64,000 nucleotides of DNA from Dehalococcoidales bacterium (GCA_028716225.1 JAQUQE010000003.1:619-64618); one strand, 5' to 3'; shown: positions 50,011-58,916, counted from the first letter of the stretch. Translations and numbers: made by a program. The notes: generated from the letters alone by a model not told the origin.

Positions 50011-51015
50011 ATGGTATCAAGGAGACGTATTGCAGTTGTCTATAACGAGCCCTCCCCCTCGCGTTACGATACCACCGGGGAAGAAAAGGCTGCTCTGGGT
50101 GTTCTGGAGTCGGTGGAGGCGGTCAGCCGTGCTCTTCTTGACCTTGGCTATGACACCCTCAATATTCCGCTGGCCTCTCCTATCGAGGCAGCCCGGGAAA
50201 AGCTCGGGTCTTTGAAGGTAGATCTGGTCTTCAATCTCTTCGAAGGCTTTTGTGGGCAGCCGGAGACCGAAGCGATGGTACCCGATTTTTTAGCCGGGCT
50301 TGGTATAGCTTACACCGGCTGCCCGGCTAGCGCGCTAAAAGTAGCCCTGGATAAGGCTAAGTCCAAGCAGATTATGAAAGCGGCTGGAATCAAGACGCCC
50401 GATTCCCAGCTGCTTACTTCCGAGGCTCTCTCCCGGTTTAACCTGGGTTATCCCTGTATCGTCAAGCCCCGTGGTGAGGATGCGAGCCACGGTTTATCTC
50501 AAGCCAGCGTGGTGAATGACCTTAAGTCACTGGCAGGTCAGGTTAGCAAAGTGTGCCAGTTCTATGGCGGTGAAGCGCTGGTAGAAGAGTTTGTTGATGG
50601 GCGGGAGTTCAATGCTACCGTTCTCGGCAACGGCGGTGGTGTCGTACTACCCGTATCGGAAATCGTCTATTCACTGCCTTCGGACATGCCTCGAATTCTT
50701 ACCTTCGCTGCTAAATGGGAACCGGAAAGCCGGTACTTCAAGGGAACGAAGAATATCTGTCCCGCCCAAATTTCCTCTACCACTCAGCAGTATATTACCG
50801 GAACGGCACGCAGGGCTTTCTTGCTGCTGTGCTCCTGGGGCTATGCCAGGGTGGACATGCGTTTAGATAGAGAAGGTGAGCTCAACGTAATCGAGGTGAA
50901 TCCAAACCCCGATATCTCCCCCGGTTCTGGAGCCGTGCTTCAGGCTGAAGCCGCCGGGATGAACTACACCCAGTTCATAGATAAGATTACCCGGCTTGCT
51001 TTTAAGAAGGGTTAG
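50011..51015 (+). CDS. ATP-grasp ligase, D-alanine--D-alanine ligase family (paralog 2)
   Basis: 334 aa with LGIAYTGC, LDKAKSKQI, EEFVDGREFNATVLG and ARVDMRLD...NVIEVNPNP. Confidence 0.85.
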   Translation: MVSRRRIAVVYNEPSPSRYDTTGEEKAALGVLESVEAVSRALLDLGYDTLNIPLASPIEAAREKLGSLKVDLVFNLFEGFCGQPETEAMVPDFLAGLGIAYTGCPASALKVALDKAKSKQIMKAAGIKTPDSQLLTSEALSRFNLGYPCIVKPRGEDASHGLSQASVVNDLKSLAGQVSKVCQFYGGEALVEEFVDGREFNATVLGNGGGVVLPVSEIVYSLPSDMPRILTFAAKWEPESRYFKGTKNICPAQISSTTQQYITGTARRAFLLLCSWGYARVDMRLDREGELNVIEVNPNPDISPGSGAVLQAEAAGMNYTQFIDKITRLAFKKG

Positions 51016-51017
51016 TC

Positions 51018-51497
51018 ATGACAGTCAGTATGAGACCTATGACCCGGGATGATAAGCCGGAAGTAATCAGGCTGCTTAAGGCTACGCCGGAGTTTGAGCC
51101 GTCTGAGGTGGTGGTAGCGGAAGAAGTTATCGATTGCTACCTTGACCGACTGTCCGGATCAGGGTACCACGTTCAGGTAGCGGTAGCAGAGTCGGAGGTG
51201 GCCGGCTATGTCTGCTACGGGCCCACCCCAATGACTGAAGGCACCTGGGACCTTTACTGGGTGGCGGTCTCCGCTGAGAGGCAGGGTGGAGGTATCGGTA
51301 GTGCCTTAGTTAAACTGGCTGAAAACGAGGTAAGAAGCGCCGGGGGGAGGCAGATTCTTATTGAGACATCATCCAAGCCGGGGTATGAAAAAACGAGGCG
51401 TTTTTACTTCAGCCGGGGTTATCAGATAGTCGGCTGTATCCCTGATTTCTATACGTCCGGGGATGATAAGCTTGTACTCCGAAAACTATTGGTGTGA
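51018..51497 (+). CDS. GNAT-family N-acetyltransferase
   Basis: 159 aa with the acetyl-CoA motif RQGGGIGSALV and ARRFY-like RRFYFSRGY. Confidence 0.85.
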   Translation: MTVSMRPMTRDDKPEVIRLLKATPEFEPSEVVVAEEVIDCYLDRLSGSGYHVQVAVAESEVAGYVCYGPTPMTEGTWDLYWVAVSAERQGGGIGSALVKLAENEVRSAGGRQILIETSSKPGYEKTRRFYFSRGYQIVGCIPDFYTSGDDKLVLRKLLV

Positions 51498-51574
51498 TAC
51501 CCCGGGGCGCAATCCGAAGATCAGGATTATTGATATAATAGTGTTGCGGCGTCGAAAAAAAGCGGGATAAGAGC

Positions 51575-53353
51575 GTGTTTAGAATTCGTAGAGTTTACGA
51601 CAATGTAACTCCGCTGAACGAAGAAGCAATTGGCCAGGTTCAGGAAATCCTCCGCACCCAGTTTCCTGGTCTGTCCCGGAGGGACATTGCCAAATTACCC
51701 CAACAACTGCGCAACCCTTTGAAGTATCGCTTTCGTGCCATTCTCTTTGTGGCCGAGGACTCGAAGGATAGGGTGATGGGTTTTGCCATTCTCTTTCACG
51801 AGCCGGTGCTTAACTTTGGCTTCCTCGATTTCATATCCGCGGCCGAACGAGAGACTGGTAAGGGTATTGGCAGTGCCCTCTACGAGAGGGTTTGTGAAGA
51901 AGCCCTCTTCCTGAAAACGGTCGGGCTTTTCCTGGAGTGCCTGCCGGATGATCCCAAGCTGTCACGTAACCCTGAAATCAGAAAGCAGAATGTCGCTCGG
52001 CTGCGCTTCTATGAAAGATACGGTGCCAGGCCGATTGCCAACACCGCTTACGAAACCCCTCTAGAACCTGGAGGCGATAATCCCCCTTACCTGGTTTATG
52101 ATGACCTGGGCCAGGGTAGACCTCTGGGGCGAGATGAAGCACGTGCTATTGTCCGGGTGATTCTGGAACGAAAGTATAAGGGTGTCTGCCCTCAGAACTA
52201 CATTGAGATGGTGGTCGAGTCGTTTCAGGATGACCCGGTAAAACTGAGAAAACCGAGGTACGTAAGGAAGAAGCCGCCGGTACCGGTCAGGATTTCCCCG
52301 CCGCTTGACAAACGCATCAGGCTGGTTATCAACGACCGACACGCCATTCATCATGTCGAGGAGCGTGGCTACGTTGAATCTCCGGTAAGGATAAGCTCGA
52401 TTCTGGAGGAGCTTGAGACCACCCGGCTTTTTCACAAGGTCAGCCCCCGGCACTTCGCCGAAAAACGAATCAAGGCAGTCCACCGCAGCCAGTTTGTTGA
52501 CTACCTGAAGAAAGTGTGCACTAACCTCGACCCGGACAAGTCCATTTATCCCTACGTCTTTCCGATTCGTAATGTCGCCCGCCCTCCCAAGGAGCTTTCC
52601 ATCCGGGCAGGCTATTATTGCATCGATACCTTTACGCCGATAAATCGGAATGCCTATCTGGCAGCCAGAAGGGCGGTAGACTGTGCTCTGACTGCAGCGA
52701 AAGAGATTCTGGACGGGTACCGTCTGGCTTATGCCCTGGTCAGGCCGCCCGGTCACCATGCCGAAAGGCGTGCTTTCGGCGGCTTCTGTTACTTTAACTC
52801 GGCGGCCGTAGCTGCCGAGTATTTGAGTGTTCATGGTAAGGTTGCCATACTGGATATTGACTATCACCACGGCAATGGACAGCAGAATATATTCTACGAG
52901 CGTGCCGATGTCTTGACCGTATCTATTCACGGCCACCCCAATTTTGCCTATCCCTACTTCAGTGGTTTTGAAGGCGAGGAAGGTGCCGGCCCCGGCAAGG
53001 GGTATAATGTCAATATTCCTCTCCCTGAGAATGTCAGTAATGAACGCTATCTCAATGTGCTGGGTCGAGCACTGGGGCGAGTAGCCAGATTCAGACCCAA
53101 ATTTCTCATCGTTACCCTTGGACTGGATACGGCTAAAGAAGACCCGACGGGTAGCTGGAGCTTACAGGGCGAGGATTTCCAGACTATAGGAAAGATGATT
53201 GGCTCGCTCCATTATCCGACCATTGTCGTCCAGGAAGGAGGCTACGATACCAGGGTGCTCGGTATCAATGCCCGCCACTTTTTCGAAGGGCTCTGGACCG
53301 GTTCTTTCACCTTACCCCCGCGCTCCGGCAGGAAAAAGCCGGCGATGGAATAG
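51575..53353 (+). CDS. Fusion protein: an N-terminal GNAT-like domain plus a C-terminal histone-deacetylase-family (AcuC/APAH-like) zinc amidohydrolase
   Basis: 592 aa. Residues 1 to about 200 carry RETGKGIGSALYERV (the GNAT Q/RxxGxG motif). Residues from about 250 carry RPPGHHA, DIDYHHGNG and EGGY (HDAC catalytic His pair, Asp/His zinc ligands, catalytic Tyr). Confidence 0.85.
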   Translation: MFRIRRVYDNVTPLNEEAIGQVQEILRTQFPGLSRRDIAKLPQQLRNPLKYRFRAILFVAEDSKDRVMGFAILFHEPVLNFGFLDFISAAERETGKGIGSALYERVCEEALFLKTVGLFLECLPDDPKLSRNPEIRKQNVARLRFYERYGARPIANTAYETPLEPGGDNPPYLVYDDLGQGRPLGRDEARAIVRVILERKYKGVCPQNYIEMVVESFQDDPVKLRKPRYVRKKPPVPVRISPPLDKRIRLVINDRHAIHHVEERGYVESPVRISSILEELETTRLFHKVSPRHFAEKRIKAVHRSQFVDYLKKVCTNLDPDKSIYPYVFPIRNVARPPKELSIRAGYYCIDTFTPINRNAYLAARRAVDCALTAAKEILDGYRLAYALVRPPGHHAERRAFGGFCYFNSAAVAAEYLSVHGKVAILDIDYHHGNGQQNIFYERADVLTVSIHGHPNFAYPYFSGFEGEEGAGPGKGYNVNIPLPENVSNERYLNVLGRALGRVARFRPKFLIVTLGLDTAKEDPTGSWSLQGEDFQTIGKMIGSLHYPTIVVQEGGYDTRVLGINARHFFEGLWTGSFTLPPRSGRKKPAME

Positions 53354-53368
53354 TATCGGGGTGACTTG

Positions 53369-53527
53369 ATGGGCCAGGGTGGTATTGTCGGCTTCTACAG
53401 CTGCCCGGATTGTTGCTGTTACCATCGTTATCCTGAACCACACAAAAATGACATTTGTGCATCCACTCGGGCAAACTCCAGTCTTGAGCACAACGCTCAG
53501 CATTCAGTTGGAGGCACAGTGATTTGA
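53369..53527 (+). CDS. Possible small Cys-rich peptide (52 aa). Not in the ORF track.
   Basis: Hand translation gives MGQGGIVGFYSCPDCCCYHRYPEPHKNDICASTRANSSLEHNAQHSVGGTVI. A GGGGTGA SD lies 4 nt before the ATG. It starts 16 nt after the stop of the GNAT-HDAC gene. Confidence 0.2.
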   Translation: MGQGGIVGFYSCPDCCCYHRYPEPHKNDICASTRANSSLEHNAQHSVGGTVI

Positions 53528-53644
53528 TAGGCTTATGACAGGATGTTAGACTACTACGGTAATGATGATTGGGTGCTTTTACCTGAATTTGGTGTCTATT
53601 TCCCCATCTACGCCACTTAAAGAGGATGATAATGTAGTATTGGT

Positions 53645-55024
53645 ATGAACAAAAGAGAATTTGTAGCTAGTATAGTAATTATTGTTGCAGGCATAATGGC
53701 CTTGTTAATTGCAGGAGTACTGTTCCAAGAGAGGGGGACCACACCCGCCACGGAGCAGTATCTTCGACCGGAAGGATGGACAGAAGAAACTCACGGTGAC
53801 GATGTAGATCCGAACTATAAAATTGTCTTCCCCCAGGATCAAGTTAACCGGATGAAGATCACTATTTCCCCGGATGATTGGGAAGCAATGCAGGCAAATA
53901 TGACCGATCTACTGGGTGCCCCCGGAACCAACCAGCAGGTTGACACGAAACCGGAGAGCCCTATCTGGGTACCGGCTAAGATTGAATTCAACGGTCTGAT
54001 TTGGAACAACGTTGGTATCCGCTACAGGGGCAGTTCGACACTTATAAAGTGGGGCAGTGGCACACTGAAGATACCTTTGAGGTTTAACTTCGATAAGTTT
54101 GAGGATAAATACCCTGAAATCAAAAACCAGCGGTTCCATGGTTTCAAGAAGCTGGCGATGGCGAATGCTATCTTTGACCCGACGTATATGCGTGACGTTA
54201 TCATGTCCGACGTTCTGGCAGAAGCGGGTTTAGTAGCCGCTGAGACCGCCTATTACGAAATCGTCATGGACTATGGTGAAGGTCCGGTTAACCTTGGTCT
54301 TTATGTGGCGATAGAGGTCATTGAGCATACAGTCATTGAGCGTTACTTTGGTGATAAATCAGGCAATATCTACAAGGGACAAAGCGTGGGGGTTAGCCTG
54401 GCAGAAGGTACATTCGATTTGATTCGACACGGCTTCGTGAAGAAAAACAACGAAACTGAAGCTGATTGGGGTGATATTGAAAAATTGTATGCCATCCTCC
54501 ATTCGAAAGAGCGTATATCTGATCCTGAGGCCTGGCAGGAAAGTCTGGAGTCGGTATTTAACGTAGACGTCTTTCTCAAGTGGCTGGCTATCAGTGCTGT
54601 CATCGAGCACTGGGATACGTACGGGGACAGGCCAGATAATTTCTACCTCTATAATGATCCTGACAGCGAGTTGCTTACCTGGATATCCTGGGACCATGAT
54701 ATGATACTGGGCATAGTGGGTGAGGGGAAAAGCAGCGCATCCCTGGGTAGAGAGGAGATAGGGCGGGACTGGCCGTTGATTCGCTACCTGCTGGATGACC
54801 CAATCTACTACAACCGCTACGTAGATTATATCCGGGAAACGATTGAGGGGCCTTTTGACCCGGCTAAGCTGGAGGTAAAGTGCAGGACATTGGCAGAATT
54901 GATTGCTCCCTATATTGCGGAAGAATCCGGTGAGGCTGCTTTTGAATCGGGCGTTGAGAGGTTAATCAACCGTATTTACGAGCGTTATCAGGTGGCCGGG
55001 GATTTTCTGGATACTTGGAGGTAG
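53645..55024 (+). CDS. CotH-family atypical kinase with an N-terminal membrane anchor
   Basis: 459 aa. It has one N-terminal TM helix (ASIVIIVAGIMALLIAGVLF) and CotH-like blocks (KIPLRFNFDKF, NIYKGQ, NFYLYNDP...WISWDHDM). Confidence 0.85.
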   Translation: MNKREFVASIVIIVAGIMALLIAGVLFQERGTTPATEQYLRPEGWTEETHGDDVDPNYKIVFPQDQVNRMKITISPDDWEAMQANMTDLLGAPGTNQQVDTKPESPIWVPAKIEFNGLIWNNVGIRYRGSSTLIKWGSGTLKIPLRFNFDKFEDKYPEIKNQRFHGFKKLAMANAIFDPTYMRDVIMSDVLAEAGLVAAETAYYEIVMDYGEGPVNLGLYVAIEVIEHTVIERYFGDKSGNIYKGQSVGVSLAEGTFDLIRHGFVKKNNETEADWGDIEKLYAILHSKERISDPEAWQESLESVFNVDVFLKWLAISAVIEHWDTYGDRPDNFYLYNDPDSELLTWISWDHDMILGIVGEGKSSASLGREEIGRDWPLIRYLLDDPIYYNRYVDYIRETIEGPFDPAKLEVKCRTLAELIAPYIAEESGEAAFESGVERLINRIYERYQVAGDFLDTWR

Positions 55025-55806
55025 ACAAGTTGGCAGTGCAATTACACGATGTGTCGCTTGGTACTATAGATATATTGCCGGAGAGGTTTGAACGTAAGTA
55101 TTATTTGGTACCTGAAGAAGCCGGTATCGCTTATGGGCTTCTTCGGCACATGTGTCTACCGGCTAGAGAATATTTTTCCGAACAGATAAATAGTCTTTAC
55201 TTCGATACTGCCGGCCTGGAACAGCATGAAAGGTCCGCTGCGGGTGACTATAACAAAGATAAGGTACGCATCCGCTGGTACGGTGAGGATAGGGATATGA
55301 ATGGAATGCGGTCCGTGTTCATTGAACTGAAATCGAGGCGGGGTTTCACCAGTACCAAGCAACGACTGAAGTTATCCGTACCGGCCGTGAGTTTGACGCC
55401 AGGTAATCTTGTCAGAGGCATTGTCCCTATAACCCTGCTGATGGATACCCTGGCAAGATTTGGCTATTTCCCGCACGAGATGCTCCACCCGGTAATCAAG
55501 ATATCCTACTGGCGTCATCGCTTTAGCGAGATTATGACCGGGCAACGGGTTTCGCTTGATTGTCATATTCGTTCTACGATGGTAATGCCAGGACAAGGTA
55601 ATGGTGAAAAGGAGCTGGAGTTACCCGGCGGTATTATAGAGATTAAAGGATTGGCTATGGATCTTCCTGTCAGTTTGATACGAATGAGGACGTTATATGT
55701 AGATTGGACTAGATTCTCCAAATATTCCTCGTGTATCGATTCGCACCTCGAAGAGCCCGGCTCTATGGGGCGCCTGTCACCCTCAGGGAGAATAACCCAA
55801 CTATAG
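55015..55806 (+). CDS. VTC-domain protein (Vtc4-like polyphosphate polymerase / triphosphate-tunnel domain)
   Basis: 263 aa with ERFERKYYL, SLYFDT, KVRIRWYG and FIELKSRRGFTSTKQR. No TM segments. The start overlaps the CotH stop. Confidence 0.85.
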   Translation: MEVDKLAVQLHDVSLGTIDILPERFERKYYLVPEEAGIAYGLLRHMCLPAREYFSEQINSLYFDTAGLEQHERSAAGDYNKDKVRIRWYGEDRDMNGMRSVFIELKSRRGFTSTKQRLKLSVPAVSLTPGNLVRGIVPITLLMDTLARFGYFPHEMLHPVIKISYWRHRFSEIMTGQRVSLDCHIRSTMVMPGQGNGEKELELPGGIIEIKGLAMDLPVSLIRMRTLYVDWTRFSKYSSCIDSHLEEPGSMGRLSPSGRITQL

Positions 55807-55842
55807 TCAGCTATGATAACATGATAATACTAGGAGGAATAA

Positions 55843-56502
55843 ATGCCAGAGGGATTTGATCTATTTGCATCCTTACCAGAAATGAGAGAGGCCATTATAC
55901 CCCTCGGATTCTCGATGTTAGGGGCTGTCATTACCTATTTGATATATAACCTGTTTTACGGCTCTAGCCATATCGGGGCCGGTGTACATCGCACCTTTCT
56001 TGTCGGTGGCCCTGTTATCACAATGATATTCCTGGTTATCCAGACCTCTATACCACTCGGTCTAGGGTTACTCGGAGCACTTGCCATAGTGCGTTTCCGA
56101 ACGCCGGTAAAAGACCCAGCCGAGATAGGATTTCTACTTCTGTTGATTGCTTCCTCGCTAGGGGCCGCAACCGGTAACTACCTGATAACTGCTTTAATGT
56201 TTATTATTGTCTTCGGTGCTCTAGGGGTACACAGGTTAATAAGCAACCGGGTTACTCTATTGGGAAGAGGACATCTGATGATCGCTGTTGACCGAGGCTC
56301 TTTTCCATCAATAGAGAAGAAGCTGATGGCCTTCCTCTCGGAGAAGCTTACAGGCTTGCATCTGGAGACTATATCCACTATTGATGATCGGATTAGCCTA
56401 AATTACCAATACAAACGTCGGGCAGATTTCGACTGGCCGGCTTTTATAAATGAGTTAAACCAGATTGCAGGGACGTCGGGGATTGAGGTTTTCGTGAGCT
56501 AA
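55843..56502 (+). CDS. DUF4956 membrane protein
   Basis: 219 aa with several TM helices, the signature AIVRFRTPVKDPAEIGFLLL and a C-terminal soluble domain. GGAGG SD. Confidence 0.85.
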   Translation: MPEGFDLFASLPEMREAIIPLGFSMLGAVITYLIYNLFYGSSHIGAGVHRTFLVGGPVITMIFLVIQTSIPLGLGLLGALAIVRFRTPVKDPAEIGFLLLLIASSLGAATGNYLITALMFIIVFGALGVHRLISNRVTLLGRGHLMIAVDRGSFPSIEKKLMAFLSEKLTGLHLETISTIDDRISLNYQYKRRADFDWPAFINELNQIAGTSGIEVFVS

Positions 56503-56542
56503 TACCGGCTGAAATCGAAAGCGTGGGCGGTTATGAGGTCAT

Positions 56543-57211
56543 TTAGTACTTAGATACCCCTATTTCCTCCATTTTCCCTGTGACGGTAAATACTATACGT
56601 TCGCAGATGTTGGTTACTCTATCGGCGCTGCGCTCCAGGTTGTGAGCTACCCAGATAAGCCGGGTGGCTCTGGTAATGGTCTTGGGGTCCTCGGCCATAA
56701 AGGTGAGTAGCTCTCGGAAAACCTGGGAATACAGATTATCCACGTCGTCATCTTCAGCAGCGACCCGGCGTGCCGTTTCGGTGTCATTGTTGATAAAGGC
56801 ATCCAGGCTCTGTTTCAGCATACTGATAGTCTTTTCAGCCATACGGGGGATGTCGACCAGCGGCTTAAGCGGCGGCTCGTCTCCTATCATCAACACTATC
56901 TTGCTGATACCTTCGGCATGATCACCGATCCGTTCCAGCTCGGCGATGATATTGAGTACGCCGATAATAATACGCAGGTCGCTGGCCATCGGCTGCTGGG
57001 TAGCGATCAGTCCGATACAGTCGCCTTCTATACCGAATCGCTTACTGTTTATCTTCTGGTCATCTTTAATAATCTGGTGAGCGAGGGACAAGTCTCTGTT
57101 CTTGAGCGCTTCGATGGACCGCTCGAGTGCTTTTTCTGCCATGCTTCCCATCGCCATAACGTCGTCCTGAATCGCCCTCAGCCTTCTGTGAAAAACCGTT
57201 CTCGTTTCCAT
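56543..57211 (-). CDS. phoU: Phosphate signalling complex protein PhoU
   Basis: 222 aa with two PhoU repeats (ERIGDHAEGI, ERSADRVTNI). Confidence 0.93.
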   Translation of the reverse strand: METRTVFHRRLRAIQDDVMAMGSMAEKALERSIEALKNRDLSLAHQIIKDDQKINSKRFGIEGDCIGLIATQQPMASDLRIIIGVLNIIAELERIGDHAEGISKIVLMIGDEPPLKPLVDIPRMAEKTISMLKQSLDAFINNDTETARRVAAEDDDVDNLYSQVFRELLTFMAEDPKTITRATRLIWVAHNLERSADRVTNICERIVFTVTGKMEEIGVSKY

Positions 57212-57230
57212 TATTAACCCCTCCTGGTAT

Positions 57231-58049
57231 TTAACCGAACCTGCCGGTAATATAGTCTTCCGTACGTTTATCTCTGGGATTTGTGAATAGAGTTGATGTG
57301 GCGCCGTATTCCACCAGTACCCCGGCTCTATCCTCTGCCATCATGAGAAAAGCGGCCATATCCGATACCCGTGCTGCCTGTTGCATATTATGGGTGACGA
57401 TAACCACAGTATAGTCTTCAATCAAAACCCTCATCAGGTCCTCAATTTTTAGTGTCGCTACCGGATCGAGGGCGCTGCAGGGTTCGTCCATCAGGATTAC
57501 CTCGGGCTCCACCGCCAGGACCCGGGCAACGCACAGCCTTTGTTGCTGCCCCCCAGATAGCGCCAGGGCAGAATTGGCTAATTTGTCTTTCACCTCGTCC
57601 CACAGGGCTGCCTGACGCAGACTTCTCTCGACAATTTCTTCAAGCTTACCCCGGTTCTTCATGCCGTGTCGTCGTGGGCCATAGGCCACGTTTTCGAATA
57701 CAGACATGGGGAAAGGATTCGGTTTTTGGAATACCATGCCTACCCTTTTCCTGAGATCGACGACGTCGATAGACTCCTGATATATTGATATGCCTTCAAG
57801 CTCCACGCACCCTTCTACCCTGACATTGGAAATAAGGTCATTCATCCGGTTAAAAACACGCAGGAAAGAAGATTTCCCGCAACCGGAAGGTCCGATGATA
57901 GCCGTAATCGCCTTTTCCGGTATTTCCAGAGTAACGTCCCTTAATGCCTGGAAGGAACCGTAGTAAAGGTTTAGCTGTTCCGTTCTTAGTTTTACCCGGT
58001 TATTCCGGCTCATCTTGCTATCATTTGATACCGCTAAGTTTACACTCAT
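57231..58049 (-). CDS. pstB: Phosphate ABC transporter ATP-binding protein
   Basis: [17 protein letters not shown] and ILMDEP. I chose ATG 58049, which overlaps the pstA stop (TAATG). The longer track ORF, reaching 58373, overlaps pstA. Confidence 0.93.
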   Translation of the reverse strand: MSVNLAVSNDSKMSRNNRVKLRTEQLNLYYGSFQALRDVTLEIPEKAITAIIGPSGCGKSSFLRVFNRMNDLISNVRVEGCVELEGISIYQESIDVVDLRKRVGMVFQKPNPFPMSVFENVAYGPRRHGMKNRGKLEEIVERSLRQAALWDEVKDKLANSALALSGGQQQRLCVARVLAVEPEVILMDEPCSALDPVATLKIEDLMRVLIEDYTVVIVTHNMQQAARVSDMAAFLMMAEDRAGVLVEYGATSTLFTNPRDKRTEDYITGRFG

Positions 58050-58909
58050 TAGCTGTGACTCCTTCGCCCGGACCTTGATCTTATAACGGCAGAAGCAATA
58101 TTGAAGGCTAGAACTACTCCCAGCAGTACCAGGGCAACACCCCACATCGTGCCCTTGGGCATACCGGGAACGTGAGCTGCCACAGTGTAAAGGTGGTAAG
58201 GGAGGGCCATAAAGCGGTCGAAGAGCGACTGCGGCAGACCGGGAACCAGAAAAGCAGCCCCCACTACTAATATCGGGGCCGTCTCTCCTGCCGCTCGAGA
58301 AATGGCCAGGATGACCCCGGTGAGAATTCCCGACCAGGCCTGAGGCAACACCACGTGCCTGATCGTCTGCCACCTGGTAGCCCCGATAGCCAGACTCCCC
58401 TCCCGGTATTCCCGCGGTACTGCCAGCATGGCTTCTCTGGAAGTTGTCACCACCATTGCCAGTGCCTGACAGGCCAGGGTTAGACTGGCCGAAATTAGCG
58501 ACATGCCGAATTGGAATGTCATCACAAACAGGCCTAAGCCGAAAAGCCCGTAAACGATACTGGGAACACCGGCCAGGTTGAGGATGGCCAGGTTAATAAT
58601 GCGGGTTATCCGGTTGTCTTTAGCATACTCGGAGAGGTAAATACCGGCCGATACGCCTATCGGCAGGGAGAATAAAACCGTACCCAGCATAAGTAAGAAA
58701 GTGCCTATCAGGGCCGGGAATATGCCTCCGGCCTTGCCTGCCTCTGTCGGAGGCTGAGTAAGAAACGCCCAGTCGATTACTCCGGCGCCATTAGCGATTA
58801 TGTAGATGATGATAAACGATACGATGGCTATGACGACGATGGTAGCCAGGCCCAATAGCCCGAAGGCAGCGCGCTGTGAAAATTGACGTGATGATCGTGG
58901 ACTATTCAT
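58049..58909 (-). CDS. pstA: Phosphate ABC transporter permease PstA
   Basis: Six-TM permease with the EAA-loop region ([15 protein letters not shown]). I chose ATG 58909, just after the pstC stop. Confidence 0.9.
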   Translation of the reverse strand: MNSPRSSRQFSQRAAFGLLGLATIVVIAIVSFIIIYIIANGAGVIDWAFLTQPPTEAGKAGGIFPALIGTFLLMLGTVLFSLPIGVSAGIYLSEYAKDNRITRIINLAILNLAGVPSIVYGLFGLGLFVMTFQFGMSLISASLTLACQALAMVVTTSREAMLAVPREYREGSLAIGATRWQTIRHVVLPQAWSGILTGVILAISRAAGETAPILVVGAAFLVPGLPQSLFDRFMALPYHLYTVAAHVPGMPKGTMWGVALVLLGVVLAFNIASAVIRSRSGRRSHS

Positions 58910-58916
58910 CTGATCG

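Noticed and set aside
53312-53503. A minus-strand 63-aa ORF in the gap after the GNAT-HDAC gene.
   Set aside because: It overlaps the 3' end of the HDAC gene and has no SD or recognisable features. The plus-strand 52-codon ORF has better initiation signals, though it is itself uncertain.
53354-53644. Pho boxes upstream of the CotH-VTC-DUF4956 operon.
   Set aside because: I scanned by eye for TTAACA/TTAAAC-like hexamers in 11-bp register on either strand. I found only isolated partial matches (for example TGTTAG) with no phased array. A PWM scan is still worthwhile.
57231-58373. The 380-aa version of the pstB ORF, and the 338-aa version of pstA (58049-59065).
   Set aside because: The N-terminal extensions overlap the upstream permease genes in another frame and are Gly/Ser/Arg-rich without homology. 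Internal ATGs at 58049 and 58909 abut the preceding stops, which is the typical pst coupling.
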